From: Heptranchias perlo
Taxonomy: Eukaryota
Length of the DNA stretch: 64,000 bases
NCBI RefSeq assembly: GCF_035084215.1
Contig: NC_090328.1
Coordinates: 105,524,001-105,588,000, forward strand
Direction: 5' to 3'
Made by a program: the position numbers and the translations under genes. Positions 37,868 to 49,790 of the stretch are shown here, in pieces. Positions within the stretch are counted from its first letter, which is position 1. The number at the start of each line of letters is the position of its first letter. A model generated the notes under the pieces. That model made no database searches. It had not been told where the DNA came from and saw nothing but the letters and a program-made list of their open reading frames with translations.

Positions 37868-38762
37868 TACCTCACCATCATCTCTCTTGACCCCTCCTCT
37901 GCCTCTGATTTGTCATGCTGCTTGTCCGACATCCAGTATTGGATGAGCAGAAATTTCCTCCAATTAAATATTGCGAAGACCGAAGCCATTGTCCTCGGTC
38001 CCTGCCACAAACACTGTTCCCTAGCCACTGACTCCATCCCCCTCCCTGGCCACTGTCCAACCTCGCCGTCCTATTTGACCCTTGGCTGAGCTTTCGACTC
38101 CATTTTCCTCTCCATCACCAAGACCACCTACTTCCATCCCCATCATATCGCCCGTCTCCGCTCCTGCCTCAGCTCATCTGCTGCTGAAACTCTCATCCAT
38201 GCCTTTGTTAACTCCAGACTCCTGGCTGGCCTCCCATCTTCCATCTTCCATAAACTTGAGCTCACCCAAAACTCTGCTGCCCGTATCCTAACTCACACCA
38301 AGTCTCATTCGCCCATCACCCCAGTGCTCACTGAGCTACATTGGTTCCAGGTCCGCCAATGCTTCGATTTTAAAATTTTCATCCTTGTGTTCAAATCCCT
38401 CCATGGCCTCTGCCCTCCATATCATTTTTACCTCCTCTAGCCCTAAATTCCTGTGATCCTCTAATTCTTGACTCTTGCGCATCTCCGATTTTCATCACTG
38501 CACCATTGGCAGCCATTCCTTCAGCTGCCTAGGCCCTAAGCTCTGGAATTCCCTCCCTAAACCTCTCTGCCTCTCTACCTCTCTCTCCTCCTTTAAGTGG
38601 CTCCTTAAAACCTATCTCTTTGACCAAGCTTTTGTTCACCTATCTTCATATCTCGTTATGTAGCTCGACATCAAATTTTGTCTGATAATGCTCCTGTAAA
38701 GTGCATGGGATGTTTTTATTATGTTAAAGGTGCTATATTAATGCAAGTTCTTGTTATTATTG
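37868..38762 (+). mobile_element. L2 LINE 3' part
   Basis: Colinear with 7365-8277, including the tail. Confidence 0.88.
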
Positions 38763-39611
38763 CCAGTAAGAAACTTGGTATATTATGCCTTCAGTCCTTT
38801 TGTATTCATTGCTATATTTTTGCAGCCTTTAATGAGAGTCCCATGAATTTCACATGATTGTGGCTGCGCATAAACCTCTAGCATTCGGAAAATCATACTT
38901 TGGGAAACAGACTTAAGGTCTTCTCGCCTGACCTCCCGGCTGCTGCTCACCCAATCCACACTGGTGCCATGGTGCATGTGGATTGACAAATCATCCCTCT
39001 TATACTTATGATTTGTTGTAAGATGAGATTTATCATTGCATGGAGCTGCTCAGATACTGGGGTTTTTACTGCTTCAGGGACCTGTTTATGCAAAATTGAG
39101 GGAGTTAGGCAGTAAATCATGTTGCATGAGGTGAGTGTAGAAATCCACGGAATTTGATGTGAGGCTTCAAGTGCGACAAATTAGGTGCCTTATTTATAGT
39201 GCAGCAAATAGCAACAAATGAAAACAAACTTTAGTACAGAACTTGAGAGTAAGAGGTGTTAATACTGCTGCAATGCTCCATCAAGGAGACCTGACAGGTG
39301 GAGACCCTGATTCATGCCTTAACCAGCACAGTCAGACAGCCCCTGGATTAAAAGAACAGCCATCAGCTTCCTTTTTGCTCATGGGCTTTCCTCAGACTAA
39401 CAATGACTGACTCAAGGTTGGCAGCTGTGCATCCAAAAAAAACATTTATGAATGGAAAGTCTGTAATAATACTCATAACAATTCAAGTCCAAACAATTGT
39501 CAGCCTCTTCTTACAACCCTGAACTCATTCAGCATCCCTGAGCTCTTTCAGCATAGATTCATGATCAGCAGTACTTTTCTATTTACTTTGTTCCTTGAAG
39601 TATGGTTGACC

Positions 39612-40082
39612 TTAGGAACATTGGGACAGGAATTGGCCATTCAACCCCTCAAGCCTGTTCCACCATTCGGTTAGATCATGGCTGATCTGTACCTCAACTC
39701 CATTTACCCGCCTTTGATGTAATTCCCTTGATACCCTTACCTAACAAAAATCTGTCGATCGCAGTCTGGAAAATTTAATTGACCCAGCATCCACAGCCTT
39801 TTGGGGAAGAGAATTCCACATTTCCACTACCCTTTGTGTGAGGAAGTGCTTCCTGATGTCAGTTCTGAATGGCCTAGCTCTAATCCCTTGTTCTGGATTC
39901 CTCCACCAGAAGAAATAGTTCCTCTGTATCTGCCCTATTGAATCCTTTTATCATTTTAAACACCTCAATTAGACCAGTCTTCATCCTTCTCAACTCAAGG
40001 GAATACAGTCCAACTTTATGCAATCTGACATCATAATTTAACCCTTTAAGCCTTGGTATCATTCTGGTGAATCTGCACTGTC
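39612..40082 (-). mobile_element. CR1 LINE 3' end
   Basis: MIPRLKGLNYDVRLHKVGLYSLE. Confidence 0.85.
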
Positions 40083-40410
40083 ACGCTGAGTCGAATACAT
40101 ATGTGGAAATATACCTGGTGATTAAAACACATTGATTTGTGCATGGAAGATGGATACATCTGAACAGAGCATCATGAAGAGAAGGACAGGAATAAACTGC
40201 AAAATATAACTATTCCACAGGGTAGGGATCATTTCATTACTACTTGAAATCAGTGATATCATTGCAATGGATTAGGTGGTGGGGAGGGATGGGTTGGGGG
40301 GGGGGTTTTCTATGATTCTGCATAATTGCATTTTGGAGACTGGAAAGGGATGGGGGTGGTGGTGGCAGTGGATTTGTGGGCTGCTGGTGGGCAGCACCTT
40401 TCAAGGGGCA

Positions 40411-40530
40411 GTTCTGATGAAAGGTCATCTCTCTTTGTTTCTCTCTGCACAGATGCTGCCTGACCTGCTGAGTGTCTCCAGCATTTTCTATTTTTATTTC
40501 AGATTTCCACCTTCCGCAGTACTTTGCTTT
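40411..40530 (+). repeat. Short interspersed repeat, possibly a second Penelope-type terminal repeat with a partial hammerhead core
   Basis: CTGATGAAAGGTC...CAGATGCTGCCTGACCTGCTGAGTG..TCCAGCATTTTCT; related pieces at about 4600-4690 and 46608-46655. Confidence 0.5.
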
Positions 40531-41524
40531 AGCTTTCAGTTCTTCACTGTAGCATGAATTTGGGAGGGACTATTGCTGTAACTGTTGTCATCTGTGCAAT
40601 TCACTTTAAGAAATGAAATCAGACCTACAGATTTTAGACTACCTGACCCAGCCTGATTAAAACAGTTGGGCCACTTGCCACTTGGGTTCACTTACTATGG
40701 TCAGTCATACAGATTTCCTGTGAATCTCAGTGTAAACTCTCCTGGGCTTGCGAATTATATTTGCCCTACTACCAGGCCCCGCAGAAAAAGTCTGGAGCAT
40801 TTGTAACCTTGCAGTTTCCTTCATAAATTTTCTATTACCAGCTGTGAGCAAAAAAAATACTTCAGGATATAAATAATGCCCTTTTGCCAAAATGAGGACA
40901 CTTTTTTTTGTCTCAGTGTTCTCCCGAGATCCCTTGACTTCAGCCCAGCTATTGCACCCTGGTCACCTTCAAATGTTAAAGACCAGAAACTATTTAATAT
41001 AACGTCAGCCACACAGATGTGATCCTTATATAAATTTATAGCTACAAGCCAGATCCCTTCATGGAATAAAACATGACAACTAATTTAATCCATGTGTAAT
41101 AGGATTTCTTTGCGGATCAATGGGCTTATAGTACCCTCTTTCTGGCTGTTTATTCTATATTCAAAGGTAAAATTGCTCCTGCCTTTTTTAGATTAATCAT
41201 TAATTCTGATTATTTTCTTTTAGAATTCAGAAATGCCTACATTAAGTTATTTAAGCGCTCTGAGTCATCTTTCAGGATGTAATCAGCACCATTTAAAAAT
41301 AAGTTGTTATTGTATTTGCTTTTAAAGCAGACCAAGTTCATCGAGGCTGATGGAACCAGAATACATATAACTGGCATTGAATTCACAAGTAGGTCACTGA
41401 GAAAGAAACACTGGATGGTGCAGTTCTAATGCATAGAGTTCAGCTCACATGTCTCCATCTGCCAATGAAATTGTTAATATCAGAAAATAGCTACTGGACC
41501 TTTGGCTCTTTTCCAACATTAGAA

Positions 41525-41928
41525 ATATGATGTGAGACTACGTCTTCCATATGATGTGAGACTACCTCTTTCATATGGTGTGAGACTACTTCTTCCATAT
41601 GATGCAAGACTACCTCTTCCATAAGATGTGAGACTACCTCTTCTATATGATGTGAGACTACTTCTTTCATATGGTGTGAGACTACCTCTTCCATAAGATG
41701 TGAGACTACCTCTTCTATATGATGTGACACTACTTCTTCTATATGATGTGAGACTACTTCTTCCATGTGATGTATGACTACTTCTTCCATATGATGTGAG
41801 ACGACCTCTTCTATATGATGTGACACTACCTCTTCTATATGATGTGAGACCACTTCTTCTATATGATGTGAGACTACTTCTTCCATATGATGTGAGACTA
41901 CCTCTTCTATATGATGAGACTACCTCTT
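41525..41928. repeat. 24-bp minisatellite (ATATGATGTGAGACTACCTCTTCT), left block
   Basis: 8-aa periodicity HHMEEVVS. Confidence 0.95.
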
Positions 41929-43220
41929 ACATAGAAACATAGAAACATAGAAAATAGGAGCAGGAGTAGGTCATTCGGCCCTTTGAGCCTGCTCGCCATT
42001 CAATATGATCATGGGTGATCCTCTATCTCAATACCATATTACCGCGCTCTCCCCATACCCTTTGATGCCTTTTGGGTCTAGAAATCTATCTAGCTTCTTC
42101 TTAAATATATTTAGTGACTTAGCCTCCACAGCCTTCTGTGGTAAAGAATTCCACAGGTTCACCACCCTCTGAGTGAAGAAATTTCTCCTCATCTCAGTCC
42201 TAAATGTCCTACCCTTATCCTGAGACGGTGACCCATTGTTCTGGACCCCCCAGCCAGAGGAAACATCATCGCTGCATCCAGTCTGTCTAGCCCTGTCAGA
42301 ATTTTATATGCTTCAATGAGATCCCCTCTCATTCTTCTAAACTCGAGTGAATACAGGCCGAGTCGACTCAATCTCTCCTCATATGACGGTCCTACCATCC
42401 CAGGGATCAGTCTGGTGAACCTTCGCTGCACTCCCTCTATGGCAAGTATATCCTTTCTTAGGTAAAGAAACCAAAACTACACACAATACTCCATGTGTGG
42501 TCTCACCAAGGCCCTATATAACTGCAGTAAGACATCCTTGCTCCTATACTCAAATCCTCTTGCAATGAAGGCCAACATACCATTTGCCTTCCGAACTGCT
42601 TGCTGCACCTGCATGTTTGCTTTCAGTGACTGGTATACAAGAACACCCAGGTCCCTTTGTACATCAACATTTCCCAATCTATCACCATTTAAATAATACT
42701 CTGCCTCTCTGTTTTTCCTTCCAAAGTGGATAACTTCACATTTATCCACATTATACTGCATCTGCCATGTATTTGCCCACTCACTCAACTTCTCTAAATT
42801 GCCTTGAAGCCTCTTTGCATCCTCCTCACGACTCATGATCCCACCTAGTTTTGTGTTGTCAGCAAACTTGGAAATATTACATTTGGTTCCCTCATCCAAA
42901 TCATTGATATATATTGTGAATAGCTGGGGCCCAAGCACTGATCCCTGCGGTACCCCACTAGTCACTGCCTGACACCACAAAAAATACCCATTTATTCCTA
43001 CTCTCTGTTTCCTGTCTGTTAACCAATTTTCAATCCATGCCAATACATTACCACCAATCCCATGTGCTTTAATTTTGCACACTAACCTCTTATGTGGGAC
43101 TTTATCAAAGGCCTTCTGAAAATCCAAATAAACCACATGCACTGGTTCTCCCTTATCTATTCTACCAGTTACATCCTCAAAAAAGTCCAGTAGGTTTGTC
43201 AAACATGATTTCCCTTTCAT
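41928..43220 (-). mobile_element. CR1 LINE 3' part inserted into the 24-bp minisatellite
   Basis: KGKSCLTNLL...YLDFQKAFDKVPH...KFADNTKL; (CATAGAAA)n tail. Confidence 0.95.
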
Positions 43221-43765
43221 ATGATGTACAACTACCTCTCCCATATGATGTGAGACTACTTCTTCCATATGATGTGAGACTACTTCTTCCATATGATGTA
43301 CAACTACCTCTTCCATATGATGTGAGTCTACTTCTTCCATGTGATGTGAGACTACCTCTTTCATATGATGTGAGACTACTTCTTCCATATGATGTGAGAT
43401 TACTTCTTCCATGTGATGTGAGACTACCTCTTTCATATGATGTGAGACTACATCTTCCATATGATGTGAGATTACTTCTTCCATGTGATGTATGACTACT
43501 TCTTCCATATGATGTGAGATTACCTCTTCTATATGATGTGAGACTACCTCTTCTATATGATGTGACACTACCTCTTCCATATGATGTGAGACTATTTCTT
43601 CCATATGATGTGAGACTACCTCTTTCATATGATGTGGGACTACCTCTTCCACATAATGTGAGACTACCTCTTCTATATAATGTAAGATTACCTCTTCTAT
43701 ATGATGTAAGACTGCCTCGTCTATATGATGTAAGACTACCTCTTCTATATGATGTAAGATTACCT
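43219..43765. repeat. 24-bp minisatellite, right block
   Basis: Same unit as 41525-41928. Confidence 0.95.
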
Positions 43766-46607
43766 ACAAAAAGGGGGCAAGCACTTTGATGGGAGTGTAC
43801 TATAGGCCCCCAAACAGTCAGGGGGAGATAGAGGAACAGATATGTAGGCAAATCTCAGAAAATTGTGCAAATAATAGGGTAATAATAGTGGGGGATTTCA
43901 ACTTCCCCAATATTAACTGGGATACTCAGAGTGTAAAAGGCTTAGAGGGTACAAAATTCTTAACGTGCATCCAGGAGAGCTTTTTGAGCCAGCATGTAGA
44001 AAGTCCTACAAGAGAGGGGGCGGTACTGGACCTAATTCTAGGGAATGTGGCCAGCCAAGTGGAAGAAGTGCTAGTAGGTGAGCACTTTGGTGACAGTGAC
44101 CATAATTTGGTGAGATTTAAGGTGGTCATGGAAAAGGACAGGGAGGGGGCGGAAATAAAGGTTCTAAATTGGGGGAAGGCCGATTTTAATAGGATAAGGC
44201 AGGATCTGGCCAAAATGGACTGGGATCAGCTGCTTGTAGGAAAATCCGCATCGGAGCAATGGGAGTCTTTCAGAAGGGAGATTGAGACCATACAATGGCA
44301 ACATGTTCCCGTAAAGGTCAAGGATGGTTCCAAGAACTCCAGGGAATCTTGGATGTCAGGGGATATACGAGAATGGATTAGGAAAAAAAGGAGGGCTTTT
44401 GGCAGATACAAAAGGCTAAAGACGGAGGAAGCCCTAGAGGAGTACAAAAAGTGCAGGGGGATACTTAAAAGTGAAATTAGGAGATCAAGGAGGGGCCATG
44501 AAATAACACTGGCGAGCAAAATAAAGGAAAATCCTAAGATGTTTTATAAGTATATTAAGGGTAAGAGGATGACTAGGGAAAAAATAGGGCCCATTAGGGA
44601 CAAAAATGGCAATCTGTGTGTGGAGCCGGCAGATGTAGGAGGGGTTCTAAATGAATTTTTTGCATCTGTTTTCACTATGGAGAAGGACGATGTAGACATA
44701 GAAATACGGCAGGGGGACTGTGATATACTCGAACATATTAACATCGAGCGGGAGGAGGTATTGGCGGTTTTAGCAGGCCTAAAAATGGATAAATCCCCAG
44801 GCCCGGACGAAATGTATCCCAGGCTACTGTGTGAGGCAAAGGAGGAGATTGCGGGGGCTCTGTCACATATATTCAGAACCTCTCTGGCCACAGGGGATGT
44901 CAATTGTAAACAATTTTACAACACCAAGTTATAGTCCAGCAATTTTATTTTAAATTCACAAGCTTTCGGAGATTTTCTCCTTCCTCAGGCAAAAGTTGAA
45001 ACATTTGCCTGAGGAAGGAGAAAATCTCCGAAAGCTTGTGAATTTAAAATAAAATTGCTGGACTATAACTTGGTGTTGTAAAATTGTTTACAATTGTCAA
45101 CCCCAGTCCATCACCGGCATCTCCACATCACAGGGGATGTGCCAGAGGACTGGAGAACCGCTAATGTAATACCATTATTCAAGAAGGGGAGTAGGGAAAA
45201 ACCGGGGAACTAAAGGCCAGTGAGCCTAACATCAGTGGTAGGAAAATTATTGGAAAAAATTCTGAAGGACAAAATTAGTCTCCACTTGGAGAAGCAAGGA
45301 TTAATCAGGGATAGTCAACATGGCTTTGTCAAGGGAAGATCATGTCTGACTAATTTGATTGAATTTTTTGAGGGGGTGACTAGGCGTGTGGATGAGGGTA
45401 ACGCAGTGGATGTGGTATACATGGATTTCAGTAAGGCCTTCGATAAAGTCCCCCACAGGAGACTGGTCAAGAAGGTACGAGCCCATGGAATCCAGGGTGC
45501 CTTGGCACTTTGGATACAAAACTGGCTTAGTGGCAGAAGGCAGAGGGTGATGGTCGAAGGTTGTTTTTGTGACTGGAAGCCTGTGGCCAGTGGGGTACCA
45601 CAGGGATCGGTGCTGGGTCCCTTGCTGTTTGTGGTCTACATTAATGACTTGGATATGAATGTAAAAGGTATGATCAGTAAGTTCGCTGATGATACAAAAA
45701 TTGGTAGGGTGGTAAATAGCGAGGAGGATAGCCTCAGTCTGCAGGACGATATAGATGGGTTGGTCAGATGGGCGGAACAGTGGCAAATGGAATTTAACCC
45801 GGAAAAGTGCGAGGTGATGCACTTTGGAGGGACTAACAAGGCAAGGGAATACACAATGAATGGGAGGACCCTAGGCAAGACAGAGGGTCAGAGGGATCTT
45901 GGTGTGCAAGTTCACAGATCCCTGAAGGCGGCGGAACAGGTAGATAAGGTGGTAAAGAAGGCATATGGGATACTTGCCTTTATTAGCCGAGGCATAGAAT
46001 ATAAGAGCAAGGAGGTTATGATGGAGCTGTATAAAACACTGGTTAGGCCACAGCTGGAGTACTGTGTGCAGTTCTGGTCGCCACACTACAGGAAGGATGT
46101 GATCGCTTTGGAGAGGGTGCAGAGGAGATTCACCAGGATGTTACCAGGGCTGGAGCGCTTCAGCTATGAAGAGAGACTGGGAAGATTGGGTTTGTTTTCC
46201 TTGGAGCAGAGGAGGCTGAGGGGGGACATGATTGAGGTGTACAAAATTATGAGGGGCACAGATAGGATGGATACTAAGGAGCTTTTTCCCTTCGTTGAGG
46301 GTACTATAACAAGGGGACATAGATTCAAGGTAAAAGGCGGGAGGTTTAGAGGGGATTTGAGAAAGAACTTTTTCACCCAGAGGGTGGTTGGAGTCTGGAA
46401 CTCACTGCCTGAAAGGGTTGTGGAGGCAGGAACCCTCACAACATTCAAGAAGCATTTGGATGAGCACTTGAAATGCCATAGCATACAAGGCTACGGACCA
46501 AATGCTGGAATATGGGATTAGAGTAGACAGGGCTGATGGCCGGCGCGGACACGATGGGCTGAAGGGCCTCTATCCTTGCTGTATAACTCTATAACTCTAT
46601 AACTCTA
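43766..46607 (+). mobile_element. Young CR1 LINE, ORF2 (part of APE endonuclease plus RT) split by a Penelope-type insert
   Basis: GVYYRPP, VGDFNFP, SDHN endonuclease motifs (43786-44900); 433-aa RT frame 45220-46521; (TATAACTC)n tail; one TAA at 45211. Confidence 0.97.
44901..45128. mobile_element. Palindromic Penelope-type insertion with hammerhead motifs
   Basis: 12-bp TSD CACAGGGGATGT (44889-44900 and 45129-45140); inverted arms; CTGAGGA-A-GGAG-AAAAT-CTCC-GAAA-GCTT. Confidence 0.88.
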
Positions 46608-46727
46608 GAAGCTGCCTGACCTGCTGAGTGTTTCCAGCATTTTCTGTTTTTATTCATAGCTGGATGTTACTAAAATTCAGTGGACTCCTTCATTAACAAT
46701 AATAATCTGTGAATTAATGAGTAGAAC

Positions 46728-46910
46728 AATAACAACTTGCATTTATACAGCACCTTTAACATAGTAAAACCACCCAAGGCGCTTCACAGGAGCTTTATCA
46801 CACAAAATTTGACACTGAGCCACATAAAGAGATATTAAGACGGGTCACCAAAAGTTTGGTCAAAGAGGTAGGTTTTAAGAAACGTCTTAAAGGAGGGGAG
46901 CCAGAGAGGT
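46728..46910 (-). mobile_element. L2 3' end
   Basis: Reverse complement of 8095-8277. Confidence 0.8.
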
Positions 46911-46919
46911 AACAAGGCT

Positions 46920-47160
46920 AATGCACAGTATATGTGCTATAGTGCACAGTATAGGTGCTATATCATACAATATAGGTGCTATAACACAGAGTATAGGTGT
47001 TATATCGCACAGAACAGGTACTACATTGCACAGCATGGATGCTTTATTGCACAGAATAGCTGCTATAACAAACAGTATAGGTGCTATTGTTCATAGTATA
47101 GGTGCAATAACACCAAGTATAGGTTCTATGATGCCCAGTATAGGTGCCACAGTGCACAAC
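46920..47160. repeat. Degenerate 21-bp tandem repeat (CACAGTATAGGTGCTATAGTG-like)
   Basis: 7-aa periodicity HSIGAIV. Confidence 0.8.
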
Positions 47161-48154
47161 CAGCTCAGAAGACCTACATTAATTTTGCAACAGATGTACA
47201 GAGTCGGAATGGGTTTAAACAATGCACTCTCTACATTGCTGGCCAGTAACATGTAATTGTTGCTAGTGTAAAGCTTCACACTGATTGCAATTTCCAGGTT
47301 CTAATTCCAGAACAATACAATATCATGAATTCAGAAATTAAGTTCTAATTTAGTTCCAGCAAAATGAACAATTGTAGAATCTACCCCATAGGTCACAAAT
47401 GACATTGCCAGATAATTCCAAATAAACCTAGATTCTCCAGATATCTCTTCCTCAGATCTATGTTTCCTGTTAAAACCTGAAAACAACAAACCAATTACTG
47501 GCAAGAGGTTCTTCATAGGTTTTAATAGCTTCAGAGAAATTGATATATAACAAAAAGAAGCAATGTTGTCTAAATTCAAATACATGACCACAGATCGAAT
47601 GCTCTACTTAGATGAATGTGCTCCATCAACATTAGATGACTCTTATACATAAGAGAATTTTGTGTCTAACAATTTATATAGGTTCCCAACTACATTTGGA
47701 GAATTATCCTGCCTGTACTTCACAGCACAAAATGTTGCGATTTAAATGCTTGATCATAAAGATTAAACAGACAACCCTCATCTTTCTCTCTCTGTTGCCT
47801 TCATGTACATAGAACTACTGTTGAGCACAAAGAGACTGAAAGACTATGGGGGTTAAATTGGATAATCCTCGAAAGCATGCACGGGGATCGCGGTCCGCGA
47901 TTAACTCACACCTGTTCATTGCGCTGCAGGCAGTGAGTTAAATTGACGCTACCTGCTGTTTTAAATGATTGTTGCATGCAGCCAGCGCTACCTGTGCTGT
48001 TCATTGGCTGCACGCATCAGCTAGGTTCCTGATCTCACAAGTGACTAGCGCTACTTAAAGGCAGCCTGCACCTCTTAAAGGGGAGGTGCATTGTGGCTGC
48101 AAGAAAGGGTGGAAGTCAATTGTGAAGTGAATCTGTGCTGTAATATATTGAAGA

Positions 48155-49790
48155 ATGGCTGAACAGGCGAGAGAACGTGCACCAAGGTTCTCTGATAATG
48201 CACCGGAGGCCTTGGTGCAAGAGGTGGAGAGAAGGAGGGACATCCTGTATCCGCCAGGGAGGCACGGAGCTCTCCAAACATTTGCTCAGGAGGCAATGGG
48301 AGGAAGTAGGGTGGAGGTCAATGCCAGGAGTATAGCTTCAAGAACATGGATGCAGTGCAGGAAGAAATTCAATGATCTGACATGAGTTGTCAAGGTGAGT
48401 GAGTTCAATTTTCAGATGGCATATCCTACCAACTACACCACTAGACTCATCCACTGCTGAATTCACTACACCCCACCCCTTCACCCACCTACGAAAAATC
48501 TCTATCAATCAGTATTCAATTCTTCAACTCATATGCTTTAACACACCATCACACACTTAGCACTGTTGCAAGCCTCACACCCACATCTCACAAGTTATAC
48601 ACACTGGCAGCTATTCAACCATGACAGCCACATCACCCAAACATCTTGCAGGACACTCACCGATACACTTCCCGTTTTCTTGTAGAAGAAGGTGGCGCAT
48701 AACAGAAGGCAGCAAGAAAGAAATGGAGGAGGACAAGTAGCCTACATGTTTTGACCCCCATGGGTTAAAACATGCCCCTCAGAGCTGGCCATCATGGGAA
48801 GGGGCATCACTGAGACCGTGACCACTGGCAGTGCTGGAAGGATCAATAATGAGGGTCGCTGCATTCCTAATCCTCCTTCTCTCTTCCCACTTCTCCCTCT
48901 TCTCATCATCTTTTCTGACTCACGAGCTGCAGATGATGTAAGCACACATTACTTTCTTTCTCCTCACCCCTCGCCATAACCCAACCCTTGTCCCTTTTTC
49001 ATTTCAGGTACCCAAGAAATGGGACCTGCCCAGTCAGAGGAGGCAGAGGAAGAAGACAGTGATGATGAAGATATACCGTCACTCGCAACCACCAGCTCTG
49101 AGACGGACACTGCGCGTACGTTAGAGGCTAGGGTAGAGGAGGGATCTGCGCATGGTGAGACACTGGGCACAAGTGCACAGGAGCCAGGGCAGGGGGGAAA
49201 GATATCGCATGTGCCAGCTCACCAGAGGGCGAGGTCACACACTAGTTCTGCTGCAGAGGATTCAGATGATGACTTCGATGGGCCAGGCTGCAGAAGAAGG
49301 CTGATGGGCGTACACAACCAAAAGCTTGGTGCATTGGAAAACCTACTAGAAAGTCTGCGCACAATGTCAAGGGGCATGGAGGAGTCCAGCTCCAACTTGG
49401 CACAGGGCTTTGCGCAGAGCTTGGAGTCCATTGTATGTTATACCCCCATCGGGTGGAGAGATCAGCTGCTCTCAAGGCTCTGAATATCATTGTGTAATTA
49501 CCCACTGAGATGTGTGTGTGAGCAATGACTGGCTCGTCTATTTAGTTTCAACATGGAACAGGTGGTCACCTCCGTCAGCACACCTGTGGAACAGACTATG
49601 ATGCAGCATCTGATGACCGATGTCACAGCTTCCATCAAAGGTCTGACTGCTTCCTTGGAAGATCAGACTGCTGCCATCATGGCTCTGGATGCCACGGTTG
49701 AAAGGGGCTTCCAAGGCATCACAGCAGTCCAGCAACCTGTTCTCCAAAAGATCACCAGGATTGCTGAGGTGCTGCCCTGGGAGAATGTCA
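48155..49790 (+). pseudogene. Harbinger A Myb/SANT gene (exons about 48155-48394, 48686-about 48853, 49009-about 49790), disrupted
   Basis: RERAPRFSDNAPEALVQEV...RTWMQCRKKFNDL; AAG|GTGAGT donor, TTGTAG and TTTCAG acceptors; TGA at 48383. Confidence 0.8.

Noticed and set aside
41491-41886. His/Glu repeat protein
   Set aside because: Translation of the 24-bp minisatellite; no other gene features.
45340-46484. Antisense ORFs over CR1 and Harbinger coding regions
   Set aside because: Shadow ORFs of the sense-strand transposon genes.
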